Position numbers and translations under genes: made by a program. A stretch of DNA of 64,000 nt, taken from NCBI GenBank assembly GCA_009995545.1, contig JAACPI010000005.1, forward strand, positions 28,244 to 92,243. The letters are read 5' to 3'. Within the stretch, counting starts at the first letter, position 1. The number at the start of each line of letters is the position of its first letter. Below, in pieces: positions 17,836 to 27,363 of this stretch. Origin of the DNA: a bacterium (GTDB lineage: Bacteria > Patescibacteriota > WWE3 > 2-01-FULL-39-13 > JAACPI01). The notes beneath the pieces are model-generated. The model was not told the DNA's origin. It saw only the letters and a program-made list of their open reading frames with translations, and made no database searches.

Positions 17836-20800
17836 ATGTTTAAAAAATATCTAATATTCACCACTCTTTTAATAGCCATCTTTTTAAATAATACGACTCC
17901 CGTCTCTGCAGCCTGTGTGGATATGTTAGATTATTTTAAACCTAACTCAGATAAAGCAGTTTTAAGTAGCGGGGGCTTAACTTATGTTGTTGAAGATGGA
18001 AGGGTAATAGGAGGTAAACCAACATTTTACCTTGCAAAAAGTGCAGATGGCAGTGTTTACGAAGAATTCGCCTATGATGATCAATTTATTTATCACGGAA
18101 GAGATACTTCATGGGCAACAGGTCCTGGACAGGATGTTAGCTGTTTGGACGGCAGGGCAGCGGGTTTTACTATGGTAGACGGGTCCGTAGGCGGGTGTGG
18201 AAGTGTGGATTTACAAAATTACACGCCAGCCAAGTGGGTTAAAAGGAATATGTGTGAGGGCGAAACTATGTCTTCAAATCATACCGTTGTTGCCTTTGCA
18301 AAGGATGGAGCTACTTGTGGTTGTTGCGAAGCACCATTTACAGGGTCTGTATCTTTTAAAATGCGGTTCAACAAAATTTATAGTGTGTACTCAAACCCCA
18401 ACAAACCCGAAATGCCACAACTTAATAACGTAATAGAAATAGAAATTGTTGAGGGAAACGGCCAGGGTGAAAAATTCTTATTTAATAAAGAATATGGGTG
18501 GGTAGGATTTATAAGACCTGGGGGAGAAACCAGTATCGCAGACGCCTTAAGACCAAAACCCGGTTCATCAATCGATTACTGCCCCTTTGTGCCAAACGAT
18601 GGAGACGGTTTAAGCTGTGAAAGTCCCTTAGTGCTAAACGCAGATACCTCTTGTGCAACATGTTCAGCAGATGGGGAAGTTGAAAACGGGTCCAGTATTT
18701 GGCAAACCCTACTCGCAGGAGTAACAGCACCCTTTACCAGCAAGGTTAAACGAATGATAACTTTAAAAGACTACAAAGGAGCTATTCCTCCTATAGACAG
18801 CTACGCAAGCAGACAAAAAGGATCTGCAGAAGAATCTCCCTTAGCCTACTTTACCACCCACCTAAATCAAAATATGGAGTCAACCTATGGGGGAGCGCCC
18901 CAAACCGGGGGAGCTGGCGACGTAGAGGTGCCTCCAAAAATTGCAAATATAGATAGATTTTTACCTCCAGGAAAATCTACGACAGATCTACAACAAGAAT
19001 ATATCCGGTGTCTTGAAACCCCAACCGAGGTCGATATAGTAATTGAGGGAGCACCTAATTTAAAACACGCTGACATGCGGGTATACTGTGCCCAAAAAAT
19101 AGCCAGCACAATTACCAATAGTTTTTGGTCTACACCCACAAATCAAATAAGCTGGATACCTCCAGTAGGATACACTAAAGAAGAAGCTTTTGGAGTTGAA
19201 AAAACTAAACAATATAATGAATACCTGGCGGAGGCACAAACTAATTATTTAGCAAAAAATTATAGTAACGAACAAAAACAAGAGATTGTATTTAACACTA
19301 TAAAGCAAAGACAGATTAGTAATAGTATTAAATACGATCCAAAATATGCGCTGATAAATGATCCAAATAGCGGTAAAATTCAAACCGCCGCCGTAAGCCA
19401 AGGATTCACAGTTCCTGCCTGTATGTTTCCTGTGAGAACAAACGTTAAAACGACTTGTGAAGAACTTTTGGGACAAAGAGAGGTCAAGTTTGAAAGAGAC
19501 ATCGGAACAGCTAACTGTAGTAAAAATGCGGATGGGACCGGAGGGTGCGGGGGGAAAAGTACTGATATAGATATTGGAGTAGTAGTACAAGGATACGGAG
19601 GCTCAGATATTACACCCGGTATATCCATTATTGGCCAAGAAACAACCTGTGATGCAAACTGCGCACTAAAACAAAATTCCTCAGGAAGCTCTTTAGCTAA
19701 TAATGACAGTATAAAACTAGCATCCACTGTTGGGGGCTATAACGGGGGGTATAAATCACCGGGCTACACTGCTTTAACAAGTACGTTATATACAGCATTT
19801 ACACCACCAGGTGTAAAGGCTTTAACAGAAATGGCTGAAGAAATACCGATCAATGTAAGTGCTAAAAGTTCTGGTTTATTTTCGGGTTTAGGAAATTTAA
19901 CCTCAAACAGTAATCAAGAAAACAGTGTTGCGGGTTTTGCAAAAAAATGTGCCCTACCCAAACTTACTTCAATATCCCTAGCCCCAGGAACCGATGAGGC
20001 CAATAATTTAGAAAATTTCCTGTACCAGTGCGAAGGTGAGGCAGGAATAGCTACCGACAGTTATTGTGGTAGTGTAAATAATTCAATGAGCAATAGTAGT
20101 AAAAACTTCACAATTACTAGAGGCGGAGTAGATTTAAACGTGGATCCTAACAATAAATATTATTTTTTAGACAAATCTTCAGACTTAAAGTTATCTGTAG
20201 CTAATAGGTATGTGGATGGCGCAACTTTAATTTTAAATCACCAAGTGGTAGTGATGAACCCAGGGCAAACATCTGCATCAAGATGTGGCAATACGCTAGA
20301 GGAATCCAACGGAACCTTTTATCAAATTATGTATCTACCAAGGGCGTTGCCTCCGGAAATAAACGTTTCAAGCCATGCAGACTGGCTTAACTATGCGTCC
20401 GTTCTTGAATATAAGGGAACGGGATATACAAACTCGGTATCAACTTTCAATGTTAAAGAAGGGTATTACAAAATTCAGGTAAAACATTTTCCTTGCTTAC
20501 ACGATGCACAAAGTTACCTGCCAGACAGTGGTGTTATTAAAATGTTTAAAGAAAATACAGATAAAAATTTTTGTGCAAAGATAACCAATAACTCCAATAT
20601 GCCAGGTGGAGGTTACGCAAGCCCGATTACCCACGAAAGGTACAATAACGACCAAACTCAGACCATGGGTTGTACCTTAGCTGATCCCTACAACGTACTT
20701 GCAAATAACTCGTGCGGTGGGCTACACGGAAATAACCCTGAGGATAACTTTTGGAGCCGAGTTACAGGTATAAAGTTGGGAGACGGGGATATAGTTTTTA

Positions 20801-21405
20801 ATAACAAGTACACCTACTCAGCAGAGTGGTTAGTTAAAGGCAAAGAGATGTATACAAAAATGTTTGGTATAAATTTTGACGGTACAGGAAGTTGCAAAAC
20901 TAGTTTTCCAACGACTTTAGTAGAGGTAAAAGGGGAAGAGTGCTTAAATTTAAGTAATAGAGATATTGGCCAAGTTAACCCAGGAGTGCCTGTAGACCCA
21001 GATATATCTATGAGCTTAGATCCACCTTATAGTTCACCCTCTAATTTACCTGCTAGCGGAAAAGCTATGTATTACTCACGAGGGGTGATGGATACAGCTA
21101 TGGCAAACCAACGCAAAAACTACCCAGGAAAAATACCCGACGGTTTAAGTATGCAAAACAAGGGTAAATATAAGGGATTTGTAGCCCTACTTAGAGCAGG
21201 AGATATTGGTAGAGAAGTTTACATAACAAATCCTAAAACTAACCAGGTAGAAGGGCCTTTCTTAGTAGTAGATGTTGCAGCAATGCATGACATACCCTCT
21301 CTGTTACAAAGAAACTGGGTAGTAGACGTTGATTACGATACAGCTGTAAGGTGGGGAATGGCAGGCGTAGGTCCGGCCAAGGTATCTGTTTACGAATCAA
21401 ATTAA
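17836..21405 (+). CDS. giant secreted cysteine-rich surface protein (1189 aa)
   Basis: Signal peptide MFKKYLIFTTLLIAIFLNNTTPVSA and more than 40 Cys with many paired CxxC/CGG motifs. It is G/N/S/T-rich and has no TM, and lies directly downstream of the pilin array. Confidence 0.5.
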   Translation: MFKKYLIFTTLLIAIFLNNTTPVSAACVDMLDYFKPNSDKAVLSSGGLTYVVEDGRVIGGKPTFYLAKSADGSVYEEFAYDDQFIYHGRDTSWATGPGQDVSCLDGRAAGFTMVDGSVGGCGSVDLQNYTPAKWVKRNMCEGETMSSNHTVVAFAKDGATCGCCEAPFTGSVSFKMRFNKIYSVYSNPNKPEMPQLNNVIEIEIVEGNGQGEKFLFNKEYGWVGFIRPGGETSIADALRPKPGSSIDYCPFVPNDGDGLSCESPLVLNADTSCATCSADGEVENGSSIWQTLLAGVTAPFTSKVKRMITLKDYKGAIPPIDSYASRQKGSAEESPLAYFTTHLNQNMESTYGGAPQTGGAGDVEVPPKIANIDRFLPPGKSTTDLQQEYIRCLETPTEVDIVIEGAPNLKHADMRVYCAQKIASTITNSFWSTPTNQISWIPPVGYTKEEAFGVEKTKQYNEYLAEAQTNYLAKNYSNEQKQEIVFNTIKQRQISNSIKYDPKYALINDPNSGKIQTAAVSQGFTVPACMFPVRTNVKTTCEELLGQREVKFERDIGTANCSKNADGTGGCGGKSTDIDIGVVVQGYGGSDITPGISIIGQETTCDANCALKQNSSGSSLANNDSIKLASTVGGYNGGYKSPGYTALTSTLYTAFTPPGVKALTEMAEEIPINVSAKSSGLFSGLGNLTSNSNQENSVAGFAKKCALPKLTSISLAPGTDEANNLENFLYQCEGEAGIATDSYCGSVNNSMSNSSKNFTITRGGVDLNVDPNNKYYFLDKSSDLKLSVANRYVDGATLILNHQVVVMNPGQTSASRCGNTLEESNGTFYQIMYLPRALPPEINVSSHADWLNYASVLEYKGTGYTNSVSTFNVKEGYYKIQVKHFPCLHDAQSYLPDSGVIKMFKENTDKNFCAKITNNSNMPGGGYASPITHERYNNDQTQTMGCTLADPYNVLANNSCGGLHGNNPEDNFWSRVTGIKLGDGDIVFNNKYTYSAEWLVKGKEMYTKMFGINFDGTGSCKTSFPTTLVEVKGEECLNLSNRDIGQVNPGVPVDPDISMSLDPPYSSPSNLPASGKAMYYSRGVMDTAMANQRKNYPGKIPDGLSMQNKGKYKGFVALLRAGDIGREVYITNPKTNQVEGPFLVVDVAAMHDIPSLLQRNWVVDVDYDTAVRWGMAGVGPAKVSVYESN

Positions 21406-21415
21406 TAATTAATAT

Positions 21416-22453
21416 CTACTGACTAACCGGCATAAAGTTTACCTCACTGTTTAACAGACCTTGCACGTTTTCTACACTCCCACTAAAAGCGATTTGTGGT
21501 ACTAATAAACCACTAAAAGAGTCATAGATATAAACCAAATTAGGGTCTTTACTACTTTCAAATTTAAAGTCGCTGGTTTTTAAAGTAACATTACCATCGA
21601 GCACTAAGGCAGTTAAATTCGCATCTAAGGAAATTTTTGGAACTAAAAAATAATTCTTTGCTTCAAAAAACCTGTTCCCCACAACATCAATTCTTTTTGG
21701 AAAAAAATTTAATATGTTAAAGTCTACTGTTTTCTCAAACTTATTATAAATGGCAGAAACAGAAGATTGGCCATATTCATCAACAAATAAATTACCGTTT
21801 AAATAAACCCCATAAGTAACCTGAGAGTATAAAGTTCCCATATTAGAAAAGGCTGCGGGAACAAAATACTCATCACCCCCTAAATCTATATCTCTTTCCG
21901 TAAGCTTTTTAAGGGAAAAGCTATACACACTGCTAGTAGAGGCACCGTTTAAAAGGTAGGTGTAGGCAGAAACAAATTCATCTAGAGTACCTTCTTTAGT
22001 ACCCTTTACACTGGTAATGTTTGAAAAATTTAAATTTTTAAAGCGGGGGTTCTTAGCTAATTCTTCAGGTTTATACTGAATAACTGAATAAATAAAAGAT
22101 CTGTTATTAATCTCTGTAAGATCACTTTCCGTAACCTCTTTTTTAACTTTAACCTCATTACCATAAAAAACGGCAGGTAACTGAGGAACATTTTTATCAA
22201 AATTTTGCACTACCCTATTGGACTTACTTACAACATCCTTAACATCTGTAAGATTTTCTTGTTTTTCTACGGAGGTTGTTTTGGTAACCGGCTTGCTAAA
22301 AAACCGAGACAGATAACTAGAAAATAAGGTGCCCACTACAACCAAAACAATTAAGATTAAAACAAAAAAAGCATATTTATTTTGGCCAATTACTTGCTTT
22401 ATATTTTTAAGGAAGATAAGGTTCATATTCGGCATAACATTCTCCTCTGCCAT
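21416..22453 (-). CDS. N-terminally anchored extracytoplasmic protein, hypothetical
   Basis: Single N-terminal TM (YAFFVLILIVLVVVGTLF) then a 300-aa beta-rich domain; 47-nt overlap with the upstream gene. Confidence 0.4.
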   Translation of the reverse strand: MAEENVMPNMNLIFLKNIKQVIGQNKYAFFVLILIVLVVVGTLFSSYLSRFFSKPVTKTTSVEKQENLTDVKDVVSKSNRVVQNFDKNVPQLPAVFYGNEVKVKKEVTESDLTEINNRSFIYSVIQYKPEELAKNPRFKNLNFSNITSVKGTKEGTLDEFVSAYTYLLNGASTSSVYSFSLKKLTERDIDLGGDEYFVPAAFSNMGTLYSQVTYGVYLNGNLFVDEYGQSSVSAIYNKFEKTVDFNILNFFPKRIDVVGNRFFEAKNYFLVPKISLDANLTALVLDGNVTLKTSDFKFESSKDPNLVYIYDSFSGLLVPQIAFSGSVENVQGLLNSEVNFMPVSQ

Positions 22454-25400
22454 TTAAATTACTACCACTCACACCACCACATAAAGTACCACAGCTGAAT
22501 ACCGAACAAGGGTTTACCGCAAAAGCCGAACCCGTTCCACCAGACCTTATTTCGTAATGTAAATGCGGGCCAGTGCTGTTACCAGTACTTCCAACCAGCC
22601 CCACCTGTTGCCTGTGTATAACTGTTTGACCTGTCGTTACATCTATTTGACTCATGTGGGCTAAATATATGTAAATATCCGCGCTGTTTGCTTTTAAAAC
22701 CACCAGGTTACCATAACCACTTGTATTCCAACCTGCAGAAATCACTGTAGCAGAACCGTTATAAGGCGATAAAATAGGGGTTCCAGTAGTAGCTCCGTAG
22801 TCTATACCCGTGTGAAAATTATACTTTGTAGACCCTGCCTGTGTAAAAGATCTCCAGCCAAAGCAGGAAGTTTCGGTAGGAGCCACAGGATTTGCGTCTA
22901 GTCCAGAGGCAGAACTACCGGCAAAGTTAGCTGCACCTCGGCAGGCCAAAGTTGGGTCATCAAAAATGCTTCCCATGTAGGCCGTTGCTCCAAAATCTCG
23001 ATCATCCTGAGCTACACTACCCCCTAGTATCATTATAATAAAAACAAGAATTATAGCTAAAGCGTAAAGCAGTATTTTTACTACAAACTTAGTAGGGTTA
23101 ACTATTAAATCATCAACTAAATTTTTAAATGCATAGTAAACACCTTTTATATCCCCCTTAAGTAAACTCATTGCCGATTTAATTACCGCTTGACCTACCT
23201 TCGCTATTATTAGGGCCAGTAAGGCGGGTACGGCCTGTGGACCTGTCAACCCTGCTGGTAAAAACTTAGAAAACACACTACCCAGTTTTCCTAACGCGGA
23301 GACGATAGCTTTATAAAAAGCTTTGTTTGCATACTTCATTCTCCACAGTCTTAAAAAGACTTTAGCCTGTCTAACTGGACCGTATCCAGGCTTGTTATAC
23401 CTCCACAACCTTCGAGTAAATTTTCCAATGCCAAAACTCTTAATTTTAAAAACTCCGTATAAAAGTTTATGTTCTAACGTAGCAAAAACGGTGCTCTGTA
23501 CTGCATTAAGCTTGGTTGCTACCCAAGGCAGGACTGCCATATACTTTACTAATTTCCCATCTCGGATAAATTTCTGCCCTAACAGGAGGGTAAGTGATAA
23601 AAAGTCGTCCCTGTCTACACCTTTTTTTTCTAAAGATTCTAAAGTTTTGAAAATCGAGATAAAGGATTTCTTCAGAACTGCGGTATCCCCCGTATATCCG
23701 GTAAGATTACCTCCAGCTATAAGCGCATCTATAAAGTCCGCATTTTTAGTTAGTTCCCATTGCTCGTACCAGCCCTTGAAGAGGTCGTGAAAATTACTAA
23801 TGTTAACTACACCACCCACAGCGGGCACATTCGAGGACATTGTGTTTAGCGCAGCAAGAACATTGACTAAACCATCAAGCTGTCTTGCGGAAATATGCAC
23901 CCTCCCCATATCTGTACTGCTAAAGCTGTTTTTAAAGGAAGTAAACTTATTTTTAGTTTGCAAGTATGTTTCTCCCACAAATAAACCGATTTTGTTACCA
24001 CCAATTTCTGCAACATTTAATCCGTTGATAAAGTCTCCGGGATACAAATACTCTTGCTGGCTTAAAAAAGCGGTGAAAAAGCGGTGAGTTGCGAACTCAG
24101 TATAACCCTCCCCTGTTAAACCAATAAAATCCTGGGTTTTAACACTTGCGGTTTTCACTAGATTTCTAAGCTCCCCTAGATTACTAGCACCAAAAGCCCT
24201 AAGTGGTAATTTAATTTTATCTAACTCCTTTTGTATGGGAGTATACTTTGCTAATAGATCCCACTTACCCAAAAATACATAGGGTTTATAGAGATCCCCT
24301 TTTAGCACGGCGTCTAAAAATTCCTGCTGAGCCAGCATAGTGTTCCGAGTCTCCACGTAGTCCCTCAAGCCTATGGCTCGGGATAATCGTCTTCTAAAAT
24401 CGCCCCTCTGAGCTATGGGTATACCTGCAGAAAGAGTATCTAATATATCTTTTCTACTCTCCTTAAGTAAGGTTAAGCTGTCATTAACCAAGACTTCTTT
24501 AGCTTTCATCACGGCATCATCGAGGTTTGCAAAAGACTGCTGAGCTAGTAAAAAGTCTCTACTCTTAGCATCAGAAAAGGTCCCAGGTAATACTTTAGGG
24601 TTAAAAGCTCCTTCTGAAAGCCACTCCCCAAGTCTTTTATCTTTCTTATCAACACCGATTGAAAAATCCAGAACCTCTCTAGCTGCTGCTGCACTAGAAA
24701 AACCTAAAGTTTTCCAGTTATTTCCAGTTAAAACATAATTTTTAAAATCCTGATAATACCTAACATCTTTGCCACCCATACTATCTAAAAGCTTTCTTGC
24801 CTGTAGTTTTGATTTAACTATCGCTCTGCTACCGCTGACTCCCTGAACCATGTCGCCAAGGGTATATCCTTTGACAATTTCCGCGTCTAGTTTGGTAGCA
24901 TAAGTAGCCGCAACACTGTCTGTGGACAGAAATCTCTCTAGGTTAGGGTTAATCGCCCCTGCGGAGGCAATTATTCCACCAGGAGACTCCATTGCCGTGT
25001 AAAGTTGGGTGTCATTAAAGAGCGGTTTACCATAAGCATCCACCCAAGTCCCCCCTTGATGGGCAAGTTCTTTCTCCATCAACTCTATAAGTTTCTCATC
25101 GACACCTGCCCTCGCACCCACCCTCTTCCCTATAGACTGGCTTTTTTCAACCCACCCTTCAATAGACTTTGCGTAGTCCTTGTAGCCAGAAACCCCATCA
25201 ATACCTATTGCCCCTTCTAAGGTAATGGGGTTTCCTCGAAGCGTATGGGTAGTTTTGGAGGTAAGGATTTGATTATTTACAATGTAACCCGTTCCCATAT
25301 GTTGCTTATCCACGTTTCCCGACATAATCTCCCGTAACATCTTCATTTCAAGCTCGCGCTCGATATCAGACCACTGTAGAACTCCCTTAGCCCAGTTATT

Positions 25401-25757
25401 TAGTGTTTTCTTTGCCTGCTCTCCTGGGTTTTTCCAATCTGCAGGGTTTAAAGAAATCTCTACCTGGACACCCGCCAAATCCTGAAACTCGTCCTCTCCG
25501 TAATTTATTAAACCATTTGCAGCTTTTTCAGAAGTGGCATTAAAAAGAGCTTTTTTGTAGGTATCGATATACATCTCCTTCGTCTTAGAAGGAAGGCTCT
25601 CAAAATACTCGAAAGATTCTTGGCTTAAAACACTTTTTAAAACCTGAGACTCAAAAAGCTCGGTAGGGATATTTATCTGTGCGCTTGGTGTTATTGTGGG
25701 CCCAGGGTTCATGGGTCTTCCTGGACCCCTACGAGGACCTCCTCTTTTTTGTGCCAT
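22407..25757 (-). CDS. large T4SS-associated membrane protein with C-terminal M23 (LytM) peptidase domain
   Basis: C-terminal HTGIDYGATTGTPILSPYNG...GYGNLVVL...YLAHMSQIDVTTGQTV...GSTGNSTGPHLHYEIR is a complete M23 signature (HxxxD, HxH). Two to three TM helices precede it. The ~850-aa N-terminal region has a basic RGGPRRGPGRP head. Confidence 0.65.
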   Translation of the reverse strand: MAQKRGGPRRGPGRPMNPGPTITPSAQINIPTELFESQVLKSVLSQESFEYFESLPSKTKEMYIDTYKKALFNATSEKAANGLINYGEDEFQDLAGVQVEISLNPADWKNPGEQAKKTLNNWAKGVLQWSDIERELEMKMLREIMSGNVDKQHMGTGYIVNNQILTSKTTHTLRGNPITLEGAIGIDGVSGYKDYAKSIEGWVEKSQSIGKRVGARAGVDEKLIELMEKELAHQGGTWVDAYGKPLFNDTQLYTAMESPGGIIASAGAINPNLERFLSTDSVAATYATKLDAEIVKGYTLGDMVQGVSGSRAIVKSKLQARKLLDSMGGKDVRYYQDFKNYVLTGNNWKTLGFSSAAAAREVLDFSIGVDKKDKRLGEWLSEGAFNPKVLPGTFSDAKSRDFLLAQQSFANLDDAVMKAKEVLVNDSLTLLKESRKDILDTLSAGIPIAQRGDFRRRLSRAIGLRDYVETRNTMLAQQEFLDAVLKGDLYKPYVFLGKWDLLAKYTPIQKELDKIKLPLRAFGASNLGELRNLVKTASVKTQDFIGLTGEGYTEFATHRFFTAFLSQQEYLYPGDFINGLNVAEIGGNKIGLFVGETYLQTKNKFTSFKNSFSSTDMGRVHISARQLDGLVNVLAALNTMSSNVPAVGGVVNISNFHDLFKGWYEQWELTKNADFIDALIAGGNLTGYTGDTAVLKKSFISIFKTLESLEKKGVDRDDFLSLTLLLGQKFIRDGKLVKYMAVLPWVATKLNAVQSTVFATLEHKLLYGVFKIKSFGIGKFTRRLWRYNKPGYGPVRQAKVFLRLWRMKYANKAFYKAIVSALGKLGSVFSKFLPAGLTGPQAVPALLALIIAKVGQAVIKSAMSLLKGDIKGVYYAFKNLVDDLIVNPTKFVVKILLYALAIILVFIIMILGGSVAQDDRDFGATAYMGSIFDDPTLACRGAANFAGSSASGLDANPVAPTETSCFGWRSFTQAGSTKYNFHTGIDYGATTGTPILSPYNGSATVISAGWNTSGYGNLVVLKANSADIYIYLAHMSQIDVTTGQTVIHRQQVGLVGSTGNSTGPHLHYEIRSGGTGSAFAVNPCSVFSCGTLCGGVSGSNLNGRGECYAEYEPYLP

Positions 25758-25831
25758 ATATTATGTATATGTTAACTTTTAGCACTTTAAATAACTAGTA
25801 AATTAAAGGTTTATTTATTAAACTGTAATCA

Positions 25832-27289
25832 ATGAACAAATCTGGCTTAAAACAATTCGGCAAACTATTCATCTTATTTTATATTTTCATTTTTATACTA
25901 ACTGCATTTTTAGTAAAAACAGGTATAGCAAACTATAAAACTCACGTTGGAAGATATTGGGAAGACGAAAAACATTTGGCCATGATTATGCCCAACGCAG
26001 GGGATCGTTTAAACAATAATGTATACGCCTTATCAGTACCTGGATGGGTACCTTGGTCTGGGGGTATAAATGCTAAAATTGCGGGAATAGAAGCAGCTTA
26101 CGACTGTGTGTCTAACATACAAGGTTTTGGTCAATGTGCTACCACCGGAGTTGCGGAAACTGCAACAGTAGCCTTTCAAGGGGGAACTTACTCCGAGTGT
26201 AAAAAAGTAGCAGAAACTGCGGATTTAAACTCAGGAACTTTAACAGAAACGGAGAAATGTCCTATTGAAGACTCCATGCTAAACAAGCTAAATAGCGAAC
26301 AAACTTCCGATACAATCACTATGGCAAAACCCATAAAAGGAGGGTTTATGGGCTTAACAACCTACGTTACTAAACAAGTATCCTTAGAAAGCGAAAATTT
26401 AGCCAATACCACATACTATGCAGACTACATGCAAGAACAATTACCGATTTTCGGGGCTAAAACTGCTAAAGCATATACTTGGGAAGGGTTCTTAACCGAC
26501 ACTACTTTAGGAGAGGGGTTTTTTAATATCTGGAAGACAGCCCTTAATTTTTCTTACTATTTAATAATAATTCCTACAGTAGCCTTTGGATTTGCAATAA
26601 TGTTTAGAATGCAAATAAACCCACAAACTCAAATTACCCTAATGCGGGCTATACCTAAGTTGCTCATTACAATACTCTTAATTACTTTTTCGTACCCAAT
26701 TGCCTCCTTAATGATTCAGCTAGCCAAGCCGATTACTGATGTAGTTATAGGGATGCTAGCCTCTTTTGGAGATGCGGCTACAAACAGCATGAGCCCAGAG
26801 CTCCAACAAGGGGCATCTGGAAATTTTATAATGTTCATGCTTTTGTATACTGTAGTTGCCAGCTTAGGTGGAGGGTTTGTAGGAATAATAATATTTGTAA
26901 TACTTCTTGTTATGTGGGTAATTTCAATGATAAGGTATTTGTTCGCAATAGTAATAATAAGCTTTAAAACAGGTATTTTAATAGCCTTTGCCCCTCTAAT
27001 TCTTTTAGTTTCGGCTTTTCCTGGCAAAGAAGGCATGATTAAAACTTATTTTATGAACTTAGCCAGTAAAATCTTTGGCCTAAGTGCAATATCCGTAATG
27101 TATGCGGCTTCTTTTTATGTAATATTTATAGGATTTGCAAGTGCAAAATTCATAGTTATGCTGGCCTCAATATTTATGAGTATCGGTATAATGTGGAACT
27201 CACCCAAGGCCCCAAAACATTTAGAAAAAATGTTGGGTGTAGAACCCTTATTTGGAGGGGGAGATGCGGGACCGCCAAAAAGAAAATAG
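25832..27289 (+). CDS. VirB6/TrbL-like polytopic membrane protein
   Basis: Signal/TM, a ~200-aa periplasmic-type domain, then at least six TM helices. This architecture and its position next to the VirB4-like ATPase are typical of VirB6 family channel proteins. Confidence 0.4.
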   Translation: MNKSGLKQFGKLFILFYIFIFILTAFLVKTGIANYKTHVGRYWEDEKHLAMIMPNAGDRLNNNVYALSVPGWVPWSGGINAKIAGIEAAYDCVSNIQGFGQCATTGVAETATVAFQGGTYSECKKVAETADLNSGTLTETEKCPIEDSMLNKLNSEQTSDTITMAKPIKGGFMGLTTYVTKQVSLESENLANTTYYADYMQEQLPIFGAKTAKAYTWEGFLTDTTLGEGFFNIWKTALNFSYYLIIIPTVAFGFAIMFRMQINPQTQITLMRAIPKLLITILLITFSYPIASLMIQLAKPITDVVIGMLASFGDAATNSMSPELQQGASGNFIMFMLLYTVVASLGGGFVGIIIFVILLVMWVISMIRYLFAIVIISFKTGILIAFAPLILLVSAFPGKEGMIKTYFMNLASKIFGLSAISVMYAASFYVIFIGFASAKFIVMLASIFMSIGIMWNSPKAPKHLEKMLGVEPLFGGGDAGPPKRK

Positions 27290-27363
27290 AAAAACATAGT
27301 AAAGTCGCTTCCTGCAAAAGCTTTAATAGTTACTTACCTCCTGTTTACTGCTAAAATTAGGTT

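Noticed and set aside
23323-24087. Plus-strand ORFs (155 and 95 aa) inside the M23 protein gene
   Set aside because: They lie antisense within a 1116-aa gene that has clear domain content. They have no features of their own.
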